From NCBI GenBank assembly GCA_021463465.1, contig JAJTYH010000002.1, forward strand, positions 1,347 to 65,346: DNA of 64,000 nucleotides, written 5' to 3'. The notes beneath the pieces are model-generated. The model was not told where the DNA came from. It did no database searches and was given only the letters and a program-made list of their open reading frames with translations. Made by a program: the position numbers and the translations under genes. Numbering within the stretch: position 1 is the stretch's first letter; every line of letters starts with the position of its first letter. The DNA is from a bacterium (lineage in GTDB: Bacteria > Patescibacteriota > Dojkabacteria > SC72). Below are positions 48,090 to 58,504 of the stretch, piece after piece.

Positions 48090-49862
48090 CTATAATTGGG
48101 ATTCAGCAAGCAAACGATAAGTAACAGCCTGTACAAACAAATATAAGTCATATTTAGAGGCTTTGGAAAGGTTTTCTAGAAATCGATTCAAATCAGGATG
48201 TGCTTGAGTCATAGTCGCAATAGCCTGCATATAACCTTTTTGTGACTTTATACTAGCAAGTAACCTGCGAGCGTAAGTAAGGTTTTCCTCTAAATTTGGA
48301 ATCGTTTCCCAATGATTGATATTGCCATTACTAAGATCTAATACGAAGTCTATTTTTTTCAATGGCTTCGAATCATTTGTTTTTGACCTATAAGAAACAA
48401 TAAACTGAGTTTTCTGATCACTAAAAGATGAGAAGCCTGTGAGATTAAAAGGGGTTTTACGTCTTAATTCAACTGAATCAGGAATATCAGTAGAAGGTGG
48501 TAAATCCAGAGCTTTTATATTGGTGATTCGTACTACAAAATCATTAGGTGAACGTGAATAGTCTTGGTTAGGAATGTTTATGATAATTTGAATATTGCCA
48601 TCTGCACTTACGAATTTCTTAATTAAACACGCTTTCCCCATTAAATTGTCTGGTGAATCAGCTATTTCAACCTCAAAATCACCTAGATTTACGGTCCCAC
48701 TTTCATACCATTCACCATTAAGCAGTTTAAGTACATCTTCATTATCCGAGACGCTTTCTAGTGATTCAACTCCTACGATGTTTAACTGAGAACTAAAAAG
48801 TAAACTAAGATATTTCGCAATTTCATTTTTAGTTTGGTCAGGGATGAACTTGGCATTTTTTTCACTTTCATAAAATATTCTTTTTAATGGTTTTTTATCT
48901 GTTTTCACGACTGCTTGAGGGATGAGTTTAATCGGTTTAACTAAGCCACTAAACTCAGCAATAAGGTCGGGAAGGGGAGTAGGGTGCTCTGGTGCAGGCT
49001 GACGGGTAATTGTATAGTTGATTGCAGATTGGTCTGAAAGCTCTTGGCTTAAATAATCAGTCAGGGTAGAAACAAATGCAATATTACATTGTGATAAATC
49101 TTTTTTTCTTAAATCTCGATGTTCCTTAAGAAATTTCACCAAATCTAACTGTTTTAAGTCAAAGTCTAAATTATATTTTTCAGCTAAAATAATACCATCA
49201 AGGATTCTATTTAATATATGGATTTCCGGACTTTGTTCATTCAGAGCTTTGGTTCTAGCTGTAATCTTTTCAATCAAATCATACACTGATACATCATCAT
49301 CTTGGCTCCGATCACTCTCGGTTAATATATTTACCACATCATCCGAGATTTCAATTTCATCAATTAATCCAGGAGTTAATCCTTTAGAGCCGTTATTCTT
49401 AATGAGTGTATCTTTACTACTAATTTGGAGGCTCTCCAAATATTCTCGTTCAAAAGTATCCCTTACATGCCTATACGCAACAATTTCATCTGCTGTTAAA
49501 GGTATGCTCTCAAAATCATTTAACTCGTAGTTAAAGTCAGTCAAAGTGTTATCTAACTCAGTACCTTTCAATGGAACCTGACCTGCCTCAATCTTTTTCT
49601 TTTTAACATCTTCCTTCATTGTTCCTATAAGTTGGAGATACGATGCAAGTGCAGAACCCCTTTGGTCCTGATTTAAATTTTCTGAGCTATAAATCAGTTC
49701 CGAGTTTAAATCCTTTAGCTCAGGGTAAAAAGATACACATTGAGACCTCAGGGCAAGAAGTGTTTCCTTTTCAAACGGGTGTAATTCAAATCGAACAGGT
49801 TGCGTTTTGACATCCTCAGTTGCAGCGATTTCGACTGAAATTTGTTTCCCATCTCTTAACAT
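48090..49862 (-). CDS. large hypothetical cytoplasmic protein (590 aa)
   Basis: No transmembrane segment and no motif I recognise. Acidic, D/E/L/N-rich. Confidence 0.4.
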   Translation of the reverse strand: MLRDGKQISVEIAATEDVKTQPVRFELHPFEKETLLALRSQCVSFYPELKDLNSELIYSSENLNQDQRGSALASYLQLIGTMKEDVKKKKIEAGQVPLKGTELDNTLTDFNYELNDFESIPLTADEIVAYRHVRDTFEREYLESLQISSKDTLIKNNGSKGLTPGLIDEIEISDDVVNILTESDRSQDDDVSVYDLIEKITARTKALNEQSPEIHILNRILDGIILAEKYNLDFDLKQLDLVKFLKEHRDLRKKDLSQCNIAFVSTLTDYLSQELSDQSAINYTITRQPAPEHPTPLPDLIAEFSGLVKPIKLIPQAVVKTDKKPLKRIFYESEKNAKFIPDQTKNEIAKYLSLLFSSQLNIVGVESLESVSDNEDVLKLLNGEWYESGTVNLGDFEVEIADSPDNLMGKACLIKKFVSADGNIQIIINIPNQDYSRSPNDFVVRITNIKALDLPPSTDIPDSVELRRKTPFNLTGFSSFSDQKTQFIVSYRSKTNDSKPLKKIDFVLDLSNGNINHWETIPNLEENLTYARRLLASIKSQKGYMQAIATMTQAHPDLNRFLENLSKASKYDLYLFVQAVTYRLLAESQL

Positions 49863-49892
49863 TTCTTAAAGTTTGACAGGTTATTAATTAGT

Positions 49893-50552
49893 TTAAAGCC
49901 ATTTATTTAAATTTAGGGTGCTTTGGCCACTTTCATCTGTAACCATAGGCTGTTCTTTAGCCCAGTTTAAGAGATTCACTCTTTTGACTAAATTTGTCCA
50001 TTGACCATTTTCTCCAATAATCATTGAGTAGTCATCCGTTCCAAGGTTCTTAGCTAACACTTTAGATTTCATATTGGGATTTTTTGACTGCAACAACATC
50101 AATGCTATATACGCCATTTTTTTGTCAAAAGGATCGGAACTATCTGTGTAATCTCTATAAAGACATACTGTTATTTGACCATAGCCAGGTTCCATATCAA
50201 AACCACTTAAATCAGCCAAAATTACTTCACAAATATGTGGGTCAGTTAGTGGTTTAGAATCAGGCCCTCTTTTGTTATCAATTACACGTGCAAAAGAGTT
50301 AGAAATACCATCTGAAATCAACTCAACATTGTAAGGTGAATTTGAAAGTTCAAAGTCGGCCATAAAATATCCCACATCTGGCCCAATTGTTGGACATGCC
50401 ATTGTCTGAAATTGATATTGCCGTTGATTAACTGCTTCGTCTATGCCAATACCGGATAAATATTGCTCACTTTTTCCTCTAATGTATTTCACTTTTGCCT
50501 CACCCACAGTCATAGGAAGCTTATCCCTTACTGCTGTTTGTCTAGTAAACAT
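49893..50552 (-). CDS. hypothetical protein (219 aa)
   Basis: No recognisable motif. First gene of the operon. Confidence 0.4.
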   Translation of the reverse strand: MFTRQTAVRDKLPMTVGEAKVKYIRGKSEQYLSGIGIDEAVNQRQYQFQTMACPTIGPDVGYFMADFELSNSPYNVELISDGISNSFARVIDNKRGPDSKPLTDPHICEVILADLSGFDMEPGYGQITVCLYRDYTDSSDPFDKKMAYIALMLLQSKNPNMKSKVLAKNLGTDDYSMIIGENGQWTNLVKRVNLLNWAKEQPMVTDESGQSTLNLNKWL

Positions 50553-50665
50553 ATTTATAAGTATTGACTTAATAGAAAATTAAATCATAACTCCATATGT
50601 TTTACAATTATGATTAAGAGCGAACCGAAGTATTGTCAAGGATAATTGAATCAAAAAGGTTGATG

Positions 50666-53266
50666 CTATTCTTCTTTTTTCTCTTTTATATACTTGTATG
50701 TCCCAGCAATGAGTAATAAGAAAAGAATAATAAGCCACCAAAACTCAAATACATTTGCTCTTATTTGCTTTTCAAGCTCTTTATCCTGTTGTGTATTCTC
50801 AGTTTGAGAGGGTGTAGAAGGCGCAGTTGGAGTTGAGATAGGGGATTCAACCTCATTTTCATCGCCATCATCACTTTTTTCTTCGGTATTGTTTATATCA
50901 TTTGAAGCAGTGTAAACAACATCTGGTTCAGATTCACTATTACTATTACTATTACTATTACCATTTCCCTCATTTTCTTCTTCGTTTTCATCGTCTACAG
51001 GCGGTTCTTGAACTGTTGTTACTCCAAGCACACCCTCCGCAGATGTATCTGAAACTTTGTAATAATCGGTACCGGAAATATTAACAACACTTAAACCGAA
51101 ATCTCCTTCGTTCAATGGGATGTTTCCAGTACAGTCACTAGTAATTTCCGATAAGGAATCAACCTCAGGACATATAACCACCCCAGTATTACCAGTCTTT
51201 TTTACAACATAAAGATCGTATACTTCAGATACACCTGGTGCATCAGAAGGGTTGAGACCTTGAATCATTGTTTTTGATTCTGAAGGTAAGGAAATGGGGT
51301 TAACTTCACTCCAATCTCTGTCATCTGATAAATCTACATCAAAATCAGCTACAAGATAGTCACCAAAACTCATCTTAGATTGAATCGAATCAAGACCAGG
51401 AGTAGAAGGATCATAAAATTTAGTGACTAAACTTTCCTCTGTATCAACATTTACGACATCTGAACTAGGTGTTAGATTAAGTATTCTCACGCCCTCAGCA
51501 ATCATATGCACTCTACTACTATTATCATCAGCAACAAGTAAGAAATTTCCAATTGGGTGATATGTAATACCAGAGGGGTTATTAAACTGTGTAATTCCAG
51601 TTCCAAAATCTCCGAATGATTCTATAAAATTCCCTGTACTATCATATTTATGAACTTTATTGCCAAACATATCGACGACAAAAAAGTTGCCGTCAATATC
51701 TTGCGTTATACCACCTAATCTTACTGAACGATTTGTACTACCAGAATCAAAATCTTCAATATATACACCTGTTGAACTAAACTTTTGAATTCTTCCAGTT
51801 TCTGCTCCATCAACTCCTTCATAGTTATCAACCACATAAATATTATCAGCTCCATCTACATATATACTCTCAGGAATCATGAACTCACCATTTCCAGTTC
51901 CTAGTTGACCAAATTGTGAAATATAATTACCGCTTGAATCAAATATCTGCACTCGAGCATTAAAATAATCTGATACAACGATGTTACCATTAGATAATAT
52001 TCCTAGCCCTCGAGCTTCGGCAAACTCTCCATTACCTGTACCACTTGCCCCAAATGAAAAATCTAACGTACCGTCGGAATTAAAAACTTTAACACCACTT
52101 ATGTGACTGATGTAAATCTTATCGGCGTCATCAACTTTCATATGGTAAGCCGCGATTTCTCCAATATCAGAAAAATCTAGAAGTGTGCTTACATAAACTC
52201 CACTTGAGTTATACTTGTTAACTTCGGGTGCAAAAGGTCCATTATAAAGGACTAGGATATCTCCGTTGCTATCTACAGCAACACTAGTAGGAATTGTTAA
52301 CAACCCGTTCTCTGTTCCACTATTTCGATACCCCCATTGAAAGATGCCTAGTGAGTTGAATTTCAAAATTGAATTTAGATTCCAATCAGAAACGTAAATA
52401 TTGTCATCATCGTCAACAGTTAAATACTGTGGAGCCATAAATTCATCTTCACCTGTACCATTTGTACCAAACGAAGAAATCCAAGTTCCATCACTTTCAA
52501 ATCTATGAATTTTAGGGTCATTTTGATCAGTAACTAATAGCTGGCCATTACTAAGTATGGCAATATCTTTTACAGCATTAAAATTACTACCAGAAGCAGT
52601 AGCATCAAAATTAAACATGAAAACCCCGTTTGAATCAAAAACCACAACTCTATGGTTCGAACCATCAGTAACGTAAACATTTCCAGTAGAATCAGTTGTC
52701 AAACCTCCAGGCTCATTTAATTCTCCATTTCCACTTCCAAATGTCCCAAAAGAAGAGATATAAGTACCATCTTTTTCGAAATGTTGAACATTATGCTTGT
52801 TATAATTCGAGATAAAAATTGTATCACTAAACGAGTCCCATACAATCCCTTTTGGGGTGGTAAACTTTTCCTCTTCGGCTCCACAATCACCCCAAGATGA
52901 TAGGTAACCACCGTTTGAGTCTAATATATATACTTTGCAGTCTGATAACACATACAACTTTCCACTACTATCAACTGTCAGACCGATAATTTGACTAGCA
53001 AATTCGCCTTCATTACTCCCACTTCTTCCAACTGTCCTTAGAATCTCTTTAGATTGGTTGATTTTAACCAATCTATTACCAGCATAATCCACATACCAAA
53101 TATTTCCATCGGGAAGAACCGTCAAATCAAAAGGAACCCCAATATTTGTATAAGAGTTGGGAATATTTTGATACGTGTTATAACCAGCGAATGACGTTGA
53201 AACAAGTGTTAGGAATAAAAAGATTGTCCAAAATGTTATTTTTTTAATCACTCCTGATACTACCAA
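50666..53266 (-). CDS. secreted NHL-repeat (beta-propeller) surface protein with C-terminal TM anchor
   Basis: Signal peptide, then at least 12 NHL-like repeats (YVTDxxNHRVxxFDxxG), an acidic (NS)n/E-rich linker, and a C-terminal transmembrane helix plus KEKKEE tail. Confidence 0.7.
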   Translation of the reverse strand: MVVSGVIKKITFWTIFLFLTLVSTSFAGYNTYQNIPNSYTNIGVPFDLTVLPDGNIWYVDYAGNRLVKINQSKEILRTVGRSGSNEGEFASQIIGLTVDSSGKLYVLSDCKVYILDSNGGYLSSWGDCGAEEEKFTTPKGIVWDSFSDTIFISNYNKHNVQHFEKDGTYISSFGTFGSGNGELNEPGGLTTDSTGNVYVTDGSNHRVVVFDSNGVFMFNFDATASGSNFNAVKDIAILSNGQLLVTDQNDPKIHRFESDGTWISSFGTNGTGEDEFMAPQYLTVDDDDNIYVSDWNLNSILKFNSLGIFQWGYRNSGTENGLLTIPTSVAVDSNGDILVLYNGPFAPEVNKYNSSGVYVSTLLDFSDIGEIAAYHMKVDDADKIYISHISGVKVFNSDGTLDFSFGASGTGNGEFAEARGLGILSNGNIVVSDYFNARVQIFDSSGNYISQFGQLGTGNGEFMIPESIYVDGADNIYVVDNYEGVDGAETGRIQKFSSTGVYIEDFDSGSTNRSVRLGGITQDIDGNFFVVDMFGNKVHKYDSTGNFIESFGDFGTGITQFNNPSGITYHPIGNFLLVADDNSSRVHMIAEGVRILNLTPSSDVVNVDTEESLVTKFYDPSTPGLDSIQSKMSFGDYLVADFDVDLSDDRDWSEVNPISLPSESKTMIQGLNPSDAPGVSEVYDLYVVKKTGNTGVVICPEVDSLSEITSDCTGNIPLNEGDFGLSVVNISGTDYYKVSDTSAEGVLGVTTVQEPPVDDENEEENEGNGNSNSNSNSESEPDVVYTASNDINNTEEKSDDGDENEVESPISTPTAPSTPSQTENTQQDKELEKQIRANVFEFWWLIILFLLLIAGTYKYIKEKKEE
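50936..50965. repeat. hexanucleotide tandem repeat (ACTATT)x4 plus one degenerate unit, inside the NHL gene
   Basis: Direct reading of the sequence. On the coding (minus) strand it encodes NSNSNSNS. Confidence 0.7.
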
Positions 53267-53409
53267 AATTATTTAAAAACATCTAATGGCTAGAGTTATT
53301 TTTTATAGGGACAAAGCTTTCGCAGCTTTGCTTAAAAAAGTAAGTCAATCCTATATCTTGTGATATAATAGCCATTTGTAATTTCACACTATGTCTAATC
53401 TTAAAAAGC

Positions 53410-54372
53410 ATGGATGGACCATTTGACAGTATTTTAATAGGAGACTCAATCTATATTGTTGGCCATAAACATCCAGACGTTGATTCAATCGTCTCTGCAT
53501 TTGCATATCAAATATATAGGCACTCAAAAGGAGATTTTAACTATAAAGCAATTAGGTGCGATGAAACAAATGACCTAACCAAATGGCTTTTTAAAAAGTT
53601 TAATACAGAAATCCCTCCATTGATTACTAATATTTCGAATCAACAAGTTGTACTTGTTGATCATACGGATCCGCAACAACGGGCAGATGGTTGGGAATCA
53701 GCAGATATAATTGAAGTCTTAGATCATCACAAACTTAATCTTGAAACTAGTATCCCACCTAAAATCACTATACGTCCTTATGGTTCAACTTCAACATTAA
53801 TTGCACAAAAGTTTCTCGAAACAAGTACAAATATCAAAATGGAGTTGGCTGGACTTATGCTCGGTGCAATTCTTGATGACACCCTCGCACTTAGATCTCC
53901 GATTACTACCGAGACCGATAAAGTATGCGCAGGGAAACTAAGTTCAATTTCAGGTCTAAATGATGTATCAAGCTTTGCAAGAGAGCTATTTTCGGAAAAA
54001 GATAAATGGAAGAAAATGAAGGCCGAGGATATTATTGATTCGGATACAAAATCTTATCTTATTAATGGCGTTTCAGTACAAATTTCACAGGTTGAGACAA
54101 TGGATAATCAACTTTTAGCCAATTCAAAAGGCGAGAAAATTCACGAGATTCTTGAACTTCAAAACAATAAAGATAAAAAGGATTTACGCATTGTGATGCT
54201 AACAGACTTAATACGCAATGATTGCATACTCTATGCAGTAGGGGAAAAGAAGGAATTAATCGAAAAGATTTTCAATGTTAAGCCCAGTAATGAAATGTAT
54301 TTTATTCTTCCTGGTGTTTTATCAAGAAAAAGGCAAGTCGAGGCTCCACTTATACAATATTTATCAAAGTAA
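53410..54372 (+). CDS. ppaC: family II (DHH/DHHA2) manganese-dependent inorganic pyrophosphatase
   Basis: HKHPDVDS, VLVDHTD, DHHK and GAILDDT motifs. 320 aa. Confidence 0.8.
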   Translation: MDGPFDSILIGDSIYIVGHKHPDVDSIVSAFAYQIYRHSKGDFNYKAIRCDETNDLTKWLFKKFNTEIPPLITNISNQQVVLVDHTDPQQRADGWESADIIEVLDHHKLNLETSIPPKITIRPYGSTSTLIAQKFLETSTNIKMELAGLMLGAILDDTLALRSPITTETDKVCAGKLSSISGLNDVSSFARELFSEKDKWKKMKAEDIIDSDTKSYLINGVSVQISQVETMDNQLLANSKGEKIHEILELQNNKDKKDLRIVMLTDLIRNDCILYAVGEKKELIEKIFNVKPSNEMYFILPGVLSRKRQVEAPLIQYLSK

Positions 54373-54398
54373 CTTCTGTTTCCCTGTCTAACAACTTA

Positions 54399-55262
54399 TT
54401 ATTGTAATATTTCCCGCAGAATACTTTCACGATTACGAACATAATCATAAAACCCTCCAACGAAGTTATACTTACTTTTAATAAATATCATCCACTTTTT
54501 AATAAAAAGTTTCTTTGCTGTTTCATACAAAAAAGAATCATACATATTTACGCTTGTTAACAGTCTTAAGTTGTTAGTGCTAAGCTCAATACTTTCAGAG
54601 TTTTGACCAATTACCATTTGTCTCTCCTCTTGAATTGGCAGGCTTACTCCAATAATATTCCCGAGAAGAATCAATGATTCTTCATGTAATTCGCATATTC
54701 CAAAGAAATTAAGTGTCAAAAGTTTTATTAGTATGCCTATATGTATCAACGATGAACTTCCACTTGTAACTTTTGTCAAAGATAAATCTTGACCACAATA
54801 GTAGGATTCACTACTAGCAAGGTTTAAAATGTATTTTGATGGTTCAAACTTTGAGAGTAAGTATCTGGTTTGCACGTTGTAAAATCTATGTGCAATCTCT
54901 GGTTTTAAAAGATTCTGGACTAAATTTGAATCCAAATGAAAACTTGTATCAAACCATCCATTATCAATTGGATACTTATGTGTATGTTTTAACTGCGAAA
55001 TTGTTCTGTATAAAGGGTTTCGGAACATAGAAAAAACGAACCGACCTTTCGTTATTTTAGGATTATTCCCAAAATGCCCAACTATAAAACGAAATTTGCT
55101 ATTGTAAAGATCATTGATTGCCCTTTCTTTGTCATTACTCAAACTGATTTGTTGCCAATTAAGATATGGATTATATTCACTTTCCTTAAATATACTCCTT
55201 ATAGAAGTATACGTTGATGTACCAGATGTTTTTGGGATATGTAAAAAATAAATCTTTTGCAT
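54399..55262 (-). CDS. sulfotransferase-like protein (putative)
   Basis: The N-terminal FLHIPKTSGTS resembles the PAPS 5'-phosphosulfate-binding motif of carbohydrate sulfotransferases (HIxKTGGT). Confidence 0.35.
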   Translation of the reverse strand: MQKIYFLHIPKTSGTSTYTSIRSIFKESEYNPYLNWQQISLSNDKERAINDLYNSKFRFIVGHFGNNPKITKGRFVFSMFRNPLYRTISQLKHTHKYPIDNGWFDTSFHLDSNLVQNLLKPEIAHRFYNVQTRYLLSKFEPSKYILNLASSESYYCGQDLSLTKVTSGSSSLIHIGILIKLLTLNFFGICELHEESLILLGNIIGVSLPIQEERQMVIGQNSESIELSTNNLRLLTSVNMYDSFLYETAKKLFIKKWMIFIKSKYNFVGGFYDYVRNRESILREILQ

Positions 55263-56028
55263 TTTACATAGTTCTAATTAAAAGTTAGTCCTAACGAATT
55301 TTACAATACAATAACTTGTTTTAAAAAAGCTATTCATTTTTCACGGAACTACATTCTCAAATAATAACTAAACTCATAATTAATAATTCAGATTGAAAGA
55401 ATCCTTTTGAAAAGTATGATAAAAGAAGCCTAATTGTTCATTTAAGTGTTTCTTAAAGTTGCAGTTAGCTTCTGTCTGGAAAAGGAGTTAAAACTCGTAA
55501 ACCATTGTTATCACAAAATTCTTTTGCAAACGGTAGTATTTGTTCTGATGCAGGTTCATGATGCAGATAACTAAAGGTATAGGTAAATCCAGATTGTGTG
55601 TAAAGATTTAAGCTTGTTACCTTAACATCAGCTATCTGCGACTGAAGGCAACATGGGTGTGAGCTAAAACCAACTATACCTAAAGGAATATGTCATTGCA
55701 TTGATGTTCTTAACTCAGATACAGATGTGAAGGCTCCTAGATACTCATGACCTCCATACATGTTTAGTTTATCGCCTACTAACTTTTCGTAGTATTCAAG
55801 ATTGTGGATATTCGTTTCAATAGTCATAGAGGGCCATTTTATCACAAACACTTATTTGAAAACCATTTATCTCAAATGATTTTTACGTATTTTCAATACA
55901 TCATTACTGCTTAATTTAGCCTAATTATCAAACGTTCATTTTTTAAAAATTAAATTTGATTTTTAATGATGTATTGCATAAATTGAACGAATACAGGAAC
56001 CAATTAGTTTTAAATTACGCTATTTGAA

Positions 56029-57174
56029 ATGACAGATAAAACTCAAAAAGCACTAAATATTTGTATTGATAGTCTTAGAAAATGTTACGAACATAAAGGA
56101 ATTTTAGCAGGAAGGCATCATTTTACTGATTTTTGGGCCAGAGATGCTTTTTTTGCTGCAATGGGTTCACTTAGTATTGGTGATTTTGAAATTGTTAGCA
56201 ATCAAGTTGAAATGTTTTTTTCTTTCCAACGAAATGATGGAATGATTCCATATCGTATTATGCGCAGTCAGTTCTCAGTGAGTAAATATTTAGGGATGAG
56301 TCACAAACTATTTACAAACCCAAAACCGACATACCGTCTAAGATCGATTGGTCCTTATGTGTTGGATGGAACAACTTTAAGCATTTTATTTTGGGCGCTT
56401 TTAATACAGAAAAACCGTATTAATCTAAATTTAGAGAAAAAAGTAAAGAAAGCATTGGAGTTTCTTAAAACTCGAGAACGATATGGGTTACTCTGGGAAG
56501 GCGTTATGACTGAATGGAACGATACTGCTTGGAAACACGGCAACCTACTATATTCCAACATTATTTATTGGAAAATGTATAAAGAGCTTTACAGTGCTTC
56601 AGAGAAGTTCAAACTTCTTAAAGTTGAAGATCTCAAGAACAAAAAAGAATCAATTGAACGGGCTTTAAGAGCTAGATTGTGGAATGGGCAGTATTTTAAC
56701 GACTGGAACGGTTACTTCAAGCATGATTACTTTTATTCCTTTGGTAATTCATTAGCAATTGCCTGGGGCTTAACAACTGATAGCGAAACAGACTCAATTT
56801 TAAGCAAGGCAAAGTCAGCAGTATTTGATTTCACATTGGAATCTAACACCCCGAAATACCCCTGGTGGAGAATTGATATTATTAACCATCTAACTGGAAC
56901 ATCAGACTATCAGAATCAAGGCATACTCTGGATGGCCCCTGCCGCCGCTTATATTATGGCTTTAACAAAGGCAAAGAAGTTCAGGAATCTTTCAATGTTT
57001 ATTGAAAGATTATCAAACAAAATTATTAAGGATGGAACAATTTTTGAAGTGTATGAGAGAAACGGTTTACCTGTTAACAGACTTTTTTACAAATCTGAAA
57101 ATCCTTTTGCTTGGGCCTCCGGGCTTTTAACTGCAGCATTTAATGGTTTTAAACGTCTTGAAGAAGAATCTTAG
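56029..57174 (+). CDS. (alpha/alpha)6-barrel glycoside hydrolase (GH15/GH63/GH100-like, debranching-enzyme-like)
   Basis: HFTDFWARDAFFA, WEGVMTEWNDTAW and W-rich toroid repeats. Confidence 0.5.
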   Translation: MTDKTQKALNICIDSLRKCYEHKGILAGRHHFTDFWARDAFFAAMGSLSIGDFEIVSNQVEMFFSFQRNDGMIPYRIMRSQFSVSKYLGMSHKLFTNPKPTYRLRSIGPYVLDGTTLSILFWALLIQKNRINLNLEKKVKKALEFLKTRERYGLLWEGVMTEWNDTAWKHGNLLYSNIIYWKMYKELYSASEKFKLLKVEDLKNKKESIERALRARLWNGQYFNDWNGYFKHDYFYSFGNSLAIAWGLTTDSETDSILSKAKSAVFDFTLESNTPKYPWWRIDIINHLTGTSDYQNQGILWMAPAAAYIMALTKAKKFRNLSMFIERLSNKIIKDGTIFEVYERNGLPVNRLFYKSENPFAWASGLLTAAFNGFKRLEEES

Positions 57175-57218
57175 TTATCCTATTGTGAGTAAGCATTTAA
57201 TTTATTAAATTTAACATT

Positions 57219-57722
57219 ATGAGTAGGTTAATTACTTGTCTCTGGTTTATAAATAATAATGGAGAGGAAGCAGTCAATTACTATGTTGAAGCTTTTAATT
57301 CTGCACCTGGCAATCATGTCGCAAAACTAGGAGACATTACAATGGCCCCGAAGGCGTCTGAAGAGGTATCTGGCATTGCCGAAGGGTCTATTATGACAGC
57401 TGAATGCGAACTTGATGGAACAAACTTTATGTTCCTTAACGGAGGTCAAGTTGAACAGTTCAAATTGAATGGTTCAACATCCTTTATTATTGAATGTGAG
57501 ACACAAGATGAAATCGATTTTTTCTGGGAGAAGCTTTCTGCTGCTCCCGAGGCTGAGCAATGTGGTTGGTGTACAGATAAATTCGGCGTAACGTGGCAAA
57601 TTGTTCCAAGAATTCTGGACGAAATGATGAGAGACCCTAAAAAAGCTGATGCTGTAACTGCAGCATTTATGCCTATGAAGAAAATCGACCTCGAGACGAT
57701 TAGGGTTGCGGGTAAGACGTAA
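57219..57722 (+). CDS. PhnB-like VOC-superfamily protein (3-demethylubiquinone-9 3-methyltransferase domain)
   Basis: ITCLWFINNNGEEAVNYYVEAF...FFW...FGVTWQIVP matches the PhnB/YjdN family. Confidence 0.7.
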   Translation: MSRLITCLWFINNNGEEAVNYYVEAFNSAPGNHVAKLGDITMAPKASEEVSGIAEGSIMTAECELDGTNFMFLNGGQVEQFKLNGSTSFIIECETQDEIDFFWEKLSAAPEAEQCGWCTDKFGVTWQIVPRILDEMMRDPKKADAVTAAFMPMKKIDLETIRVAGKT

Positions 57723-57955
57723 GGAAGGACTCCATAAAGTCTTCTTCATACTCACCTGAACATTAATTAATTGATTAAAATGCACCTGATTGCATAGTTG
57801 GTTATGGATGTAGTTTTACTCTTGCTAAAGATCTTCCACATTAAAAGACGCAAGTGCAACTCTTTGATTTATCTGCTTAAGTGAAAACATAAACAAATAA
57901 TCGTTTTTTGGTATCATCCTTGTAGTGATAAGTTCAATATCGGCTCTATTTTATT

Positions 57956-58504
57956 ATGACAGCAGAAACAACATTTGAAGTAAGTGGCCAGCAATTTGAA
58001 TTAGGACTTCTTGAATTAAAGGATGTAGAAGATTTAGTTGAAGTCGCCAGACAGTGGGTAAGAAATAGACATACAGGACAAGTAGAAGAAGTGGAACTTG
58101 CCGAAATTAAAAGCAGAATGCTATCAAGTTTACAATCTCAAGAATACAGATACTTTGTAATACGAGATAATGAAAGCAAAGCAATAGGTTGTTGTGCAAT
58201 AAGAGAACCAGAAGAAGCAATGCAACAATACAAATCATCGCCTGATAGAAAAACCTCTGAATTTGTAAATGTGTTTCTAGACAGCAAACACAGAGGTTTA
58301 GGACTAGGGTATAGACTTATGAACTATATGTTTGAAAAAGCGAAAGAGTTGGGTCAAGAAGAAGTTATATGGAATAGTGGACCAAGATACAAAAATAGTG
58401 CTTGGGACTTTTATAACAAATTAGCTGGTGAACCTATTTTTGTTGCAAAAGAATTTTACGGTAAAGATGGGGATGCTCCAATTTGGAAAAAAGTAATTTC
58501 TTAA
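57956..58504 (+). CDS. GNAT family N-acetyltransferase
   Basis: HRGLGLGYRLMNYMFEKAKELG is the GNAT motif A (R-x-x-G-x-G). Confidence 0.7.
   Translation: MTAETTFEVSGQQFELGLLELKDVEDLVEVARQWVRNRHTGQVEEVELAEIKSRMLSSLQSQEYRYFVIRDNESKAIGCCAIREPEEAMQQYKSSPDRKTSEFVNVFLDSKHRGLGLGYRLMNYMFEKAKELGQEEVIWNSGPRYKNSAWDFYNKLAGEPIFVAKEFYGKDGDAPIWKKVIS

Noticed and set aside
50902-51084. 60-aa plus-strand ORF with a poly-Tyr run
   Set aside because: It is an antisense artefact of the hexanucleotide repeat inside the NHL gene.
53312-53330. 7-bp hairpin CAAAGCT-TTCGC-AGCTTTG in the NHL/ppaC divergent region
   Set aside because: It is not followed by a U-tract on either strand and sits in a divergent promoter region, so it is not a convincing terminator. 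It might be an operator but there is no further support.
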